Positions 1-8,874 of a DNA stretch of 64,000 bases are shown one piece after another. The notes under the pieces were generated by a model. That model saw nothing but the letters and a program-made list of their open reading frames with translations, had not been told where the DNA came from and ran no database searches. Source of the stretch: Terriglobales bacterium (GTDB lineage: Bacteria > Acidobacteriota > Terriglobia > Terriglobales > SCQP01); the NCBI GenBank assembly GCA_025451775.1, contig JANWJU010000081.1, positions 11,696 to 75,695 of the forward strand, in the 5' to 3' direction. A program made the position numbers and the translations under genes. Each line of letters opens with the position of its first letter. The first letter of the stretch is position 1.

Positions 1-1
1 G

Positions 2-916
2 GCGCTGATGCTGATCATGCGGGTCGATTATCGGCGTTTGAAGGAACCGGCGTTGGTGTACGTGCTGCTGTGCATCACCCTGTTTCTGCTGGGCTTGGTT
101 TTTTTTCTCGACCGCAGCCACAATACGCACCGCTGGATCCGGCTGGGAGCGCTGTCGCTGCAGCCGTCAGAACTGGCCAAACCGACCCTCATTTTGTTTT
201 TGGCCTTCTATCTGGAATCACGGTTGAAGACCCTCAACCAGTGGACGACGCTGGGGCCGGTGACGCTGTACCTGGCGGTGCTGTGCGGGCTGGTGGTGGC
301 GGCCGGGGATCTGGGCACGACGGTGGCCTTGGTGCTGATCGCGGTGACGATGCTCTACGTCGCGGGGCTGCGGTGGCGGTGGCTAGGGTACAGCTTTCTC
401 GCCAGCCTGCCGGTGCTGTATGTGCTGGTGTTCCATGTGGCGTACCGGCGGGAGCGGATTTTGGCGTTCCTGCACCCCTGGGCCGAGGCCCGGGGCGCGG
501 CCTTCCAGATCGTGCAGTCGCTGATCGCACTGGGCAGCGGGGGGATGACGGGCGTGGGCCTGATGAACAGCCGGCAGAAGTTGTTTTTTCTGCCGGCGGC
601 GCATACCGATTTCATCTTCGCCGTGATCGGCGAGGAGTTCGGATGGATCGGCTCGAGCTTGGTCGTGCTGGCGTTTTTGGTGTTTCTGTGGCGGGGACTG
701 CGCATCGCGCGGCGGGCGCCGGATCAGTTCGGGCGTCTGCTAGCGATCGGGGTGACGGCGATGGTGGTGATCCAGGCGCTGATCAACTTCAGCGTGGTGA
801 CCAGCCTGGTGCCAAACAAGGGTATTCCACTACCGTTCATCAGCTATGGGGGATCGTCGCTCATTTTTTCGCTGGCGGCGGTGGGAGTGCTGCTCAACGT
901 GAGCCAGCACGTATAG
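2..916 (+). CDS. ftsW: Cell division SEDS protein FtsW (5' partial)
   Basis: Multi-TM ORF with SEDS motifs RWIRLG-SLQPSELAK, LPAAHTDFIF, NKGIPLPFISYGGSS; directly upstream of murG. Confidence 0.95.
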   Translation, partial: ALMLIMRVDYRRLKEPALVYVLLCITLFLLGLVFFLDRSHNTHRWIRLGALSLQPSELAKPTLILFLAFYLESRLKTLNQWTTLGPVTLYLAVLCGLVVAAGDLGTTVALVLIAVTMLYVAGLRWRWLGYSFLASLPVLYVLVFHVAYRRERILAFLHPWAEARGAAFQIVQSLIALGSGGMTGVGLMNSRQKLFFLPAAHTDFIFAVIGEEFGWIGSSLVVLAFLVFLWRGLRIARRAPDQFGRLLAIGVTAMVVIQALINFSVVTSLVPNKGIPLPFISYGGSSLIFSLAAVGVLLNVSQHV

Positions 917-926
917 GCAGGCACCC

Positions 927-2006
927 ATGACAGACGGGCCATCGGTCGTAATTGCGGGCGGCGGCACCGGCGGGCATTTGATGCCGGGGTTGGCGGTGGC
1001 GCAGGAGCTGAGGCGATCCTCCGCACAGGTGCTCTTTGTGGGGACGGCACGGGGGCTGGAGTCGCGGCTCGTTCCCGAGGCGGGCTACGAACTGCGGCTC
1101 ATCGGCATTGCCGGATTGAAAGGGCGCGGTTGGGGGCAGCGGCTGGGGACACTGGGGCGGCTGCCGTTCGCGGTGGCGCAGAGCGTGGGCATTCTCAGGC
1201 GGGCAGGGGCCAAGGTGGTGTTCGGCATTGGCGGGTATGCATCGGGGCCAGTTTTGGCAGCGGCGGCGCTGATGCGGATTCCGGTGGTGGTGTTGGAAGT
1301 CAACGCCAAAACGGGGCTGGCCAATCGACTGGCCGCGCGTTGGGTGAAGGCGGCCGCGGTCAACTTCCCCGAGACCGGAAAAAATTTTTCGGGCGCCCGG
1401 GTTGAAGTGACGGGCATCCCGGTACGGGAGGCCTTTTTTGCAGCCACCACGGCCGCCACGCTGCCGGGCCCGCCGCTTGTCTTGGTTTTTGGCGGCAGCC
1501 AAGGCGCCCATGCGCTCAACCAGGTGGTGTCGGAGTTGGTGAGGAGCGACCAGTTGCCCGTGCGGTGGCGGCATCAAACCGGCGCGGCCGATTACGCCGC
1601 CATCGCCGCCGCGTACGAGCCACTGGGGGAGCGGGTGCGGGCGGAGACGTTTATCGGCGACATGCCCGAGGCCATGGCGGCGGCCGAGGTCGTCGTCTGC
1701 CGTGCGGGCGCCAGCACGCTGGGGGAGATCGCCGCCGCCGGCCGAGCGGCAATTCTGGTTCCCTTCCCTGCCGCCGCCGACCAACACCAACTGTGCAACG
1801 CGCAAGCCTTCGCGCGCGCCGGAGCGGCGGTGCTGCTGGAACAGCGCACGCTCACAAGCGCCACGCTGGCGGAGGCGATCACCAAGCTGCTGAACGATGG
1901 CGGTCTACGGCAAGCCATGGCAAAGGCGGCGCGCGGATTCGCCCATCCGCGCGCCGCCGAGCAGATCGCCGCCCTCATTCTGGCCGCGGCTTCCAAACCC
2001 ACTTAG
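927..2006 (+). CDS. murG: Undecaprenyldiphospho-muramoylpentapeptide GlcNAc transferase MurG
   Basis: GGGTGGH, GGYASGP, GGSQGA, CRAGAST, HQLCNA motifs. Confidence 0.97.
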   Translation: MTDGPSVVIAGGGTGGHLMPGLAVAQELRRSSAQVLFVGTARGLESRLVPEAGYELRLIGIAGLKGRGWGQRLGTLGRLPFAVAQSVGILRRAGAKVVFGIGGYASGPVLAAAALMRIPVVVLEVNAKTGLANRLAARWVKAAAVNFPETGKNFSGARVEVTGIPVREAFFAATTAATLPGPPLVLVFGGSQGAHALNQVVSELVRSDQLPVRWRHQTGAADYAAIAAAYEPLGERVRAETFIGDMPEAMAAAEVVVCRAGASTLGEIAAAGRAAILVPFPAAADQHQLCNAQAFARAGAAVLLEQRTLTSATLAEAITKLLNDGGLRQAMAKAARGFAHPRAAEQIAALILAAASKPT

Positions 2007-3664
2007 GACGTCGGCAAGCCGAAGCAGTAGAAGGTGCCGTCGTAGGTACCGAGGTAGACCTTGCCGTTGGCCACGGCCAAGCCGGAAAAGTGGCTGAACG
2101 AGGTAATCTGGTCGCCGCTCGACCACAAGACTTTGCCGGTGTGCGCGTCGAGCGCATAGATGGTCGCGCGGTTGGAGAGCGCCGCGCGGATGCTGGAGTC
2201 AAACTGCAAACCGATATCAGGGAACGCCTGCTGGGTGTTGTTGCCGGCGCCATAGGCGAAGACCATGCCGTTGGCGATCAGCGAGGGCTCACCGCGATAC
2301 ATGTCGCGGCTGATCCAGACCGGCTGCAGCTGAGGGTGGCCATCGACCATGACCATTTTGAAGGCCACTTCGCCGCCCTCTTTGGCGACCGGGGTATTGA
2401 CGATGGGAAAATCGGTGTCTTTTGAGGGCGGTCCCCAAAAGGGGGCCAGCACGTAGCGCGTACCGTCGGCATCCTGCCAACTGGAGAGCGCGCCCCAGCT
2501 TCCCTGGTTTTGGAAGTCGGCGGAATCGTTGCAGAACTGCGGCGTTTTATAGAGCGGGTGCTCGTGATCGACGCCCCCAGGATCGTTGGGATCGATGAGA
2601 TAGAGGCGGCACTCCTTGCCGGAGCTGACCATGTATTCATGACCCTGGAAGTCAAACAGGGTGGGGGTGTTGTTGGGGTCGAGGTCGCGCTGGCGGAGCC
2701 AGTCCCAATTGGGCGGGGTAAACCAGTTGACGATTTGCCAGGGGCCATCGCCGTTGACGCGCTTGAAGCCGACGAGGCTATTGCCCAAGATCAGGTGATT
2801 GGGGTTGGTGAGGTTGACCTGGCCGTCGCCCGTGGTGGTCCAGACCACGCCGTGGGAGTCAATGACGGGACCACGCCGGCCCCACTCACCACCGCCGCCG
2901 CCGAAGCCGACGGTCTTGGTGAAGACGGGATGGGGGCTGTCCACGTTGGCGGAGAAGATGCCGTCGCCCCAAGCATAGATGACATTGCCTTGGTAGAGCT
3001 GGAGGGAAAACTTGCTGGCCGTCATCTGCAGCGTGGGTTTAAGGTCAGCGCCAGTGGCGGTGGAGATGGTGTGCAGGTTGCCGCCACCATCGGTGAGGTA
3101 GAGGGGGCGGACGCCGCCGGGGCCGGGGGCACCAATGGCGGGGGTATCGGTGCTGCCGCCGGGGGCGAGGAAGTTGAGGTGCGCCGGGCTCTGCGGTCCA
3201 CGGCCGCGCCCCCCGCCATATCCGCCGCGTCCGGCACGGGCCGGCGGCAGTGCGTAGGTAAAGTGGCGCTGCCACACCATTTGGCCGGTGGCGGCATCGA
3301 TGGCGTAAAGGTTGTCAGAGCTCCCGACCACGTAGACGATCTGCTTGACGCCCGAGGCGGTGGGCACGGCATCGACGACCAGCGGGGCCATGAGGGAATC
3401 GAGGGCGCGCGGCTCATTGCCGGTGTGGACGGTCCACAACAGCTTGAGGGTTTTGACATTCTCCGTGGTGAGGGCGGTTTCGTCCTTGACCCAGCCGCTG
3501 CGCTGGTTATCGCCACCATCCATCAGCCAGTCAACTCCCTGGGCCGGCGCGGCGGCGGGAGCGACGCGCGGCGGCCGCGAAGTTCGGGGCGCCGCCGGCG
3601 GGTTGGAAGCCAAAGCAAGCCCGCAGCCCAGGGCTACGGCGATCGGCAGCAAGGAGGTCTTCAT
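2003..3664 (-). CDS. Secreted PQQ-binding-like beta-propeller repeat protein
   Basis: Signal peptide; W-x-x-x-GG-x-x-QRSG start; repeated YA(I/L)DAxTG-x-x-x-W blades; ends VANGKVYLGTYDGTFYCFG. Confidence 0.85.
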   Translation of the reverse strand: MKTSLLPIAVALGCGLALASNPPAAPRTSRPPRVAPAAAPAQGVDWLMDGGDNQRSGWVKDETALTTENVKTLKLLWTVHTGNEPRALDSLMAPLVVDAVPTASGVKQIVYVVGSSDNLYAIDAATGQMVWQRHFTYALPPARAGRGGYGGGRGRGPQSPAHLNFLAPGGSTDTPAIGAPGPGGVRPLYLTDGGGNLHTISTATGADLKPTLQMTASKFSLQLYQGNVIYAWGDGIFSANVDSPHPVFTKTVGFGGGGGEWGRRGPVIDSHGVVWTTTGDGQVNLTNPNHLILGNSLVGFKRVNGDGPWQIVNWFTPPNWDWLRQRDLDPNNTPTLFDFQGHEYMVSSGKECRLYLIDPNDPGGVDHEHPLYKTPQFCNDSADFQNQGSWGALSSWQDADGTRYVLAPFWGPPSKDTDFPIVNTPVAKEGGEVAFKMVMVDGHPQLQPVWISRDMYRGEPSLIANGMVFAYGAGNNTQQAFPDIGLQFDSSIRAALSNRATIYALDAHTGKVLWSSGDQITSFSHFSGLAVANGKVYLGTYDGTFYCFGLPTS

Positions 3665-3684
3665 GGGTGGGTCTCCAGAGGAAC

Positions 3685-5367
3685 TTAACGGAGGGTGGGG
3701 ATGCCGTAGGCGTAGAGGTTGTCGTCGTGGGTGGTGAAGTAGACGCGGCCATTGGCGACGGCAATTCCGGTGGTGGCGAAGGTCGTGGCGGTATCGCCAC
3801 TGGTGAGCAGCGGTTTACCGGAGGCGGCATCGAGCATGTAGAGGGTCGCGGGACGGGCGGATTTCTCGACTTCGGCAACGGTGGTGGATTTGCCGATGCG
3901 CGGGGTGACGCCGGTCGAGAGCGCAAAGACCAAGCCATTGGCGGTAATGGGCGCGGCGGGGGAGATTATGCCGGGCGAGATCCATTGCGGCGCCAACGCG
4001 GGGTGGCCGTTATGGCTTTCGATCTTAAACGCCACGATGGCACCCTCGGGAGTGGCGCCGTTCTCGACGGGAAACTTCATCACGGCCGGCCCGTGAATGG
4101 CGGCGTAGACCCAGCGGGCGTCGCCCTGCTGGGCGGTGGCGAAGGCTCCCCAAACGCCGGCGGAGGGGTTGACCACCTGCGGGCTGCGGTAGAGCGGGGT
4201 GTGATGATTGGCGCCGCCGAGCTGGGCGGCGTCGAGAAGGTAGAGGTGGCCGGCGCTATCAGCAGCGACCAAAAGACTCTTGCCGTTCCAATCGAAGAAG
4301 GCCGGGGTGACGCCGCTGGGGGTAACGCCCGGCTGCAACGACGGCTCCGCGTCCTCGGGAGTGAAGTAATCGGTGACGAGCAAGGATTGGGGGTCGAGGG
4401 CCAACACGCTATCGTGGTAGGCGCCAGCGACATCGCCGTGGCCGCTCGCCACTTGGCCGTAGACCGTACCATCGGAGCCGATGGCGGTACCGCCGGAGCC
4501 GGAGAAACCACTGCCGTTGGTCAGGAAGGCAGCGACGGCGAAGGAGGGGGATTTGACAAATGGCTGATCGGGCATGGTGGCCAGCACCGGAGGGGTGAAC
4601 TGGGCCGCGAAGAGGCCGTTGGGATGGCCGCCGCAACCATTGATGGTGGCGGCGTAGATGACGTTGTCGTTGACGTTGAGGCCGGAGACACGGCTGCCGG
4701 CGGGGACAAATGGAGTGGGGGCGATCCAGGTGGCGTTGCCGTCCTCCTGGCGCAGGGTGCGGAGGTAGCCATCGCTGGAGACGGCCCAGAGCACGGCGGG
4801 GCCGCGGCCAAAGCCGCCGCCACCGCGACGGGCAGCGCCGCGACCGGCGGCGCCCCGGGCGGCGGCGGCGCCGCGGCGAGCGGCGGGCGGGGGTGGGGGC
4901 GCGAAGAATCCGCGCGCCACTCCACTATTGCCGGACATGGCAACATTGGCCGTCAAGCCGCCGGGGCAGGCGACCGTCGCAGGGTCGTTGGCAGCCGACG
5001 CCTGAACCTCGAAGGCGGTGTGGAAGTAGGGCTGGCCAACGACCGAATCGAGGGAATACACGGCGTTGCCGCTGCCGCCGATGAAGAGCAGTTCCCGAAA
5101 GCCCTGGTAGCCAATAATGTTGCTCAAATCGATGGGCGCGGTCAGGGCTTGGAGGCCGACCGGCTGGTTATCGAAATGGATCTTATAGAGCAGCTTCACT
5201 TGGCCATTGGCGATGGCCTCTTTGGAGAGCTTAGTCTCCCCCTGGGACCAGCCGTCGCGCTGCGGGTTGCCGCTGGTCGAGGCCCAATCGGAGGCCCAGA
5301 GGCCGATGCAAAGCCCCGCGGCCAGACATGCCGCCCATATCCATCTCAATCTGAGAGCCATCTTCAT
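3685..5367 (-). CDS. Secreted PQQ-binding-like beta-propeller repeat protein (paralog of the downstream gene)
   Basis: Signal peptide from ATG 5367 (MKMALRL...); DWASTSGNPQRDGW; LYMLDAASGK; VANGRVYFTTHDDNLYAYG. Confidence 0.82.
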   Translation of the reverse strand: MKMALRLRWIWAACLAAGLCIGLWASDWASTSGNPQRDGWSQGETKLSKEAIANGQVKLLYKIHFDNQPVGLQALTAPIDLSNIIGYQGFRELLFIGGSGNAVYSLDSVVGQPYFHTAFEVQASAANDPATVACPGGLTANVAMSGNSGVARGFFAPPPPPAARRGAAAARGAAGRGAARRGGGGFGRGPAVLWAVSSDGYLRTLRQEDGNATWIAPTPFVPAGSRVSGLNVNDNVIYAATINGCGGHPNGLFAAQFTPPVLATMPDQPFVKSPSFAVAAFLTNGSGFSGSGGTAIGSDGTVYGQVASGHGDVAGAYHDSVLALDPQSLLVTDYFTPEDAEPSLQPGVTPSGVTPAFFDWNGKSLLVAADSAGHLYLLDAAQLGGANHHTPLYRSPQVVNPSAGVWGAFATAQQGDARWVYAAIHGPAVMKFPVENGATPEGAIVAFKIESHNGHPALAPQWISPGIISPAAPITANGLVFALSTGVTPRIGKSTTVAEVEKSARPATLYMLDAASGKPLLTSGDTATTFATTGIAVANGRVYFTTHDDNLYAYGIPTLR

Positions 5368-5509
5368 ATCGATTACCTTGGTACCGCCGGTGTCATAGCC
5401 GCGGCGACGATAGCACTGAGGTCTGCGGCGACGCAAACAGCGGCACCGGTGTTTTATCGTGCAAAATTCGATTTACTTCCCGGTCTCCGTCAGCTAGGCT
5501 GCGGATGTC

Positions 5510-6943
5510 ATGACAGGACGTCGAGGCTTTCTAAAAGGCGTGGGGGCGGCGGCGCTGGCGGCACCGGCGCTGAAGGCCCAAACAGCGGGACCAGCTTCAG
5601 CTCCCCAGCGCCCCCCCAACGTGGTGTTGTATGTGGCCGATGAGGTGCGGTGGGATTGCATCGCGGCCTACGGGCTGAACCCATCGGCGCGGACGCCCAA
5701 CCTGGATCGTATCTTCCAGCGGGGCGTGACATTCACCACGGCGGTCACCAACCAGCCCCTCTGTTCACCCTCACGGGCCTGCATGATGACCGGGCGCTAC
5801 GCTACCGAGACCAATGTTTGGACGTTGGGCCGGCAGCTCAGCCATGAGCTGCCGACGCTGGCCACGGTGCTGCGCGAGCGTGGTTACACGGCGAACTTCA
5901 TCGGCAAATGGCATCTCTCGGATTCGCAGAACCGGCCTGCGGCGCTGGGCTGGGTGAAGCCAGAGGACCGGGGCGGATTCCTCGATTTTTGGGAAGGGGC
6001 GAACGTCCTGGAGCTGACTTCGCACCCCTATGACGGCACGATTTGGGACAGCGCCGGCCAGCCCATCACCTGGAAGGACCAGTACCGGGTCGATTTCCTG
6101 ACCGACCGGGCGGTGCGGTTCCTGCAGCAGCCGCAGACCAAGCCGTTCCTGCTCTTCATTTCGCAGCTCGAACCGCACCAACAAAACGACGAAAACCGCA
6201 TGGTGGGGCCGAACGGCGGAGCCGCGCGGTTCCGCAATCCCCATGTCCCGCCGGATCTGCTGCACTTGCCCGGCGATTGGCAGCAGCAATTGCCCGATTA
6301 CCTGGCCAGCATTGAGCGCATTGATGCCTCCGTGGGACGCATTTTGCAGACGCTTGAGGCGCAGGGGCAGCTCGACAATACGATTTTTATGTTCACCAGC
6401 GATCACGGGTGCCATTTCCGCACCCGGAACGCCGAGTACAAGCGCAGCCCGCACGACAGCTCCATCCGGGTGCCGTGGCTGATGCAGGGCCCAGGACTCA
6501 ATGAATCGCTGCGGCTGGCCGAGGTGGTGGGCAACATCGACCTGACCCCGACGCTATTGGATGCGGCGGGAGCGACGGTTCCGGCGTCAATGAAAGGGCG
6601 GAGTTTGATGCCGCTAGTGCGGGATCCAAAAGCCCGGAGCGCATGGGATAACACCCAGCTCATCCAGATCAGCCAGGCGATGGTGGGGCGGGCGCTGCGC
6701 ACGCGGGAATGGACCTATGGCGTAGCGGATGCGAGTTTGAACGGCGACAAGGACGAATCGAGCGCGCATTACAGCGACTACTGCCTGTACAACAACTTTG
6801 CCGATCCGGCGCAGTTGGTGAACCTGGCGGGGCACGTGCCGGAGAAGGCGATCGCCGCGGAACTGCGAAAAGAGCTGATCGCCCGGATCACACAATCGGG
6901 GGAGGCGGCACCGAAGATCAGCGCGGCACGGCTCTATAGTTAA
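5510..6943 (+). CDS. Tat-exported Cys-type sulfatase
   Basis: RRGFLK Tat motif; CSPSR formylglycine motif; GKWHL; FTSDHG. Confidence 0.93.
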   Translation: MTGRRGFLKGVGAAALAAPALKAQTAGPASAPQRPPNVVLYVADEVRWDCIAAYGLNPSARTPNLDRIFQRGVTFTTAVTNQPLCSPSRACMMTGRYATETNVWTLGRQLSHELPTLATVLRERGYTANFIGKWHLSDSQNRPAALGWVKPEDRGGFLDFWEGANVLELTSHPYDGTIWDSAGQPITWKDQYRVDFLTDRAVRFLQQPQTKPFLLFISQLEPHQQNDENRMVGPNGGAARFRNPHVPPDLLHLPGDWQQQLPDYLASIERIDASVGRILQTLEAQGQLDNTIFMFTSDHGCHFRTRNAEYKRSPHDSSIRVPWLMQGPGLNESLRLAEVVGNIDLTPTLLDAAGATVPASMKGRSLMPLVRDPKARSAWDNTQLIQISQAMVGRALRTREWTYGVADASLNGDKDESSAHYSDYCLYNNFADPAQLVNLAGHVPEKAIAAELRKELIARITQSGEAAPKISAARLYS

Positions 6944-6961
6944 GGCAGGAGATTCCTGCCC

Positions 6962-7495
6962 ATGAAACGAGCAATGGCCGTAACGTCCCGCACCGATCTG
7001 CAGCGGCGGCAACAAGCGCCGCTCAACACCCCGACTGGCCTGAGTCCCGAAGCCACGCGTGATATCGCAGGAGCGATGAACGCCATGCTAGCGGATGTAT
7101 TTGCGCTGTACCTGAAGACCAAGAATTTTCACTGGCACATGAGCGGACCGCACTTCCGCGACTACCATCTACTGCTGGACGAGCAGGCGGACCAGATTTT
7201 TGCCATGACCGACCCGATCGCCGAGCGGGTGCGCAAGATCGGAGCCACGACGCTGCACTCGATCGGGCAGATCGCGCACCTGCAGCGCACCCCCGACAAT
7301 GATGCGGACTTCGTGACGCCGGAGGACATGCTGGCCGAGCTGCATGAGGACAATCAGGCGCTGGCCGGGCGGCTGCGCGCCACGCATGGGGTGTGCGAGG
7401 AGCGGGACGACGTGGCTACGGCCAGCTTGATCGAAGCCTGGATCGATGAAACCGAGCGGCGGGCGTGGTTTTTGTTCGAGACCCGGCGACGGTAG
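6962..7495 (+). CDS. dps: DNA starvation/stationary phase protection protein Dps
   Basis: KTKNFHWHMSGPHFRDYHLLLDE and DPIAERV ferroxidase motifs. Confidence 0.95.
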   Translation: MKRAMAVTSRTDLQRRQQAPLNTPTGLSPEATRDIAGAMNAMLADVFALYLKTKNFHWHMSGPHFRDYHLLLDEQADQIFAMTDPIAERVRKIGATTLHSIGQIAHLQRTPDNDADFVTPEDMLAELHEDNQALAGRLRATHGVCEERDDVATASLIEAWIDETERRAWFLFETRRR

Positions 7496-7503
7496 CAGGG
7501 CTG

Positions 7504-8844
7504 CTAGCGAGGCCAGTTGATCGTGCCCCGAGTTTCGATGGCGACCTGGACGGTATTGCCGACCCGCAGCAGCAATGTGCTGGGATTATGCAGACCCCAG
7601 GCGACATAGTCGATCGGGAACGATGCGGAGGCGGTGACAACGCCGCCGGCAATGTGGACGCGCGCAGGGAGTGATATCGGGTGTTCTCCGCCAGCGATGC
7701 TGATCGTGCCCTGCAGGGTCACGGTGGAATCGCCGCTGGGCGCCGGCGTGGGTGAGATGCGGCTAGGGGTGAAGACGATCTGGGGGAACTGATCGCTCTC
7801 GAGCACATCATGGCGCATGGTGCGATCGCGGCCGGCGTTGCCGGTCTCGGCCTGAGCGGCGTCGATCACGATGCGGCCGCTGGCAGCACCTGAGGCGGGA
7901 TCGAATTGGAGCCGGCCGCTAGCGAGCGGCATGGTGCCGTGCACAGTGTGGAGGAACGCGCCCAACGTGAAATGGATGATGGTGTCCGCAGGCTGGAATT
8001 GAACGGTGGCGGCGATGCGGCGCAGTTCCTGGGCGTAGAGTGGATTGCCGGGAAACTCGTTGGCGAGGTCCTCCAACCAGGGGGCAGCTTCGGCGGGATG
8101 ATGGGCGCGGAGCGCCGCCAAGGCGAGCAGGATTTTAGCGTAGGGGCGGAGCAGATGACCGTGCCGGGCAACGGCTTCGAGTTGGGCGATACCTCGCCCC
8201 TGATTGGCAGCGGCTCCATCCAGGCGGAGAAGCCAACGGATGGGCGCTGGCTCGAGGCCAAGCACGTAGTTCTCCATGCCGAGGGCCAACTCGGCATCGT
8301 AGTCGTCAGGAGCGGCCGCGAGCAGCCGATCGGCAATGGATTGGCCATCTTTCATCAACCTCAGTGCCGCCAGCGCATGGTCTTGGATCAGCACTTGGTA
8401 GTCGGCATCGAGTCCATCGCATAACGCTTCGGAGAAGTGGGCGTTCTGGTCCCCGGGGACAGCACGTAAACGTCCTGCGGCAAGACCACGGCTGAGGGAG
8501 AGATTGGCGGCGAACGCCGCAGCTGCGGCCGGGTCCGGCACACCTTGACCATGGGAGAGGAAGCGGTGGTCCTCGGTGAAGAATTGCGATTGCAGAATGT
8601 GAAGCCGGTCCATCTCGGCGAAGAGATAGGCCGCAGCGTTAGAAGCGGGGCCAAGCGGATCGGCAGGGTGGGCGTACATCCACGCCGCGAAAGTGCGATG
8701 GGCCGCTGGAAAATCGAGGTTATAGAGTTGGCGATAGCCGAGGTCCAGGCCAGTGTTGGCCAACCCTTGAGAGTGGGCACCAACAAGCAGTGCCAGCACG
8801 CCGAACACAAGACCGCAGACCCGCCGCATTGATGGTGGCATCAA
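7504..8844 (-). CDS. Secreted TPR-like helical domain fused to a C-terminal YceI-like domain
   Basis: Signal peptide; helical repeats ending EFPGNPLY; C-terminal HTVHG...TGNAGRDRTM...FPQIVF...G-I-I-G YceI pattern. Confidence 0.72.
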   Translation of the reverse strand: MMPPSMRRVCGLVFGVLALLVGAHSQGLANTGLDLGYRQLYNLDFPAAHRTFAAWMYAHPADPLGPASNAAAYLFAEMDRLHILQSQFFTEDHRFLSHGQGVPDPAAAAAFAANLSLSRGLAAGRLRAVPGDQNAHFSEALCDGLDADYQVLIQDHALAALRLMKDGQSIADRLLAAAPDDYDAELALGMENYVLGLEPAPIRWLLRLDGAAANQGRGIAQLEAVARHGHLLRPYAKILLALAALRAHHPAEAAPWLEDLANEFPGNPLYAQELRRIAATVQFQPADTIIHFTLGAFLHTVHGTMPLASGRLQFDPASGAASGRIVIDAAQAETGNAGRDRTMRHDVLESDQFPQIVFTPSRISPTPAPSGDSTVTLQGTISIAGGEHPISLPARVHIAGGVVTASASFPIDYVAWGLHNPSTLLLRVGNTVQVAIETRGTINWPR

Positions 8845-8874
8845 TGGTGTGACGCGGGGGAGCTTCAGGCGGAT

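Noticed and set aside
3667-5643. Long antisense ORFs (also 48611-50464 +, 55141-57045 -, 59722-61533 +, 9505-10470 +)
   Set aside because: These are shadow frames of well-supported genes in high-GC DNA, with no recognisable motifs.
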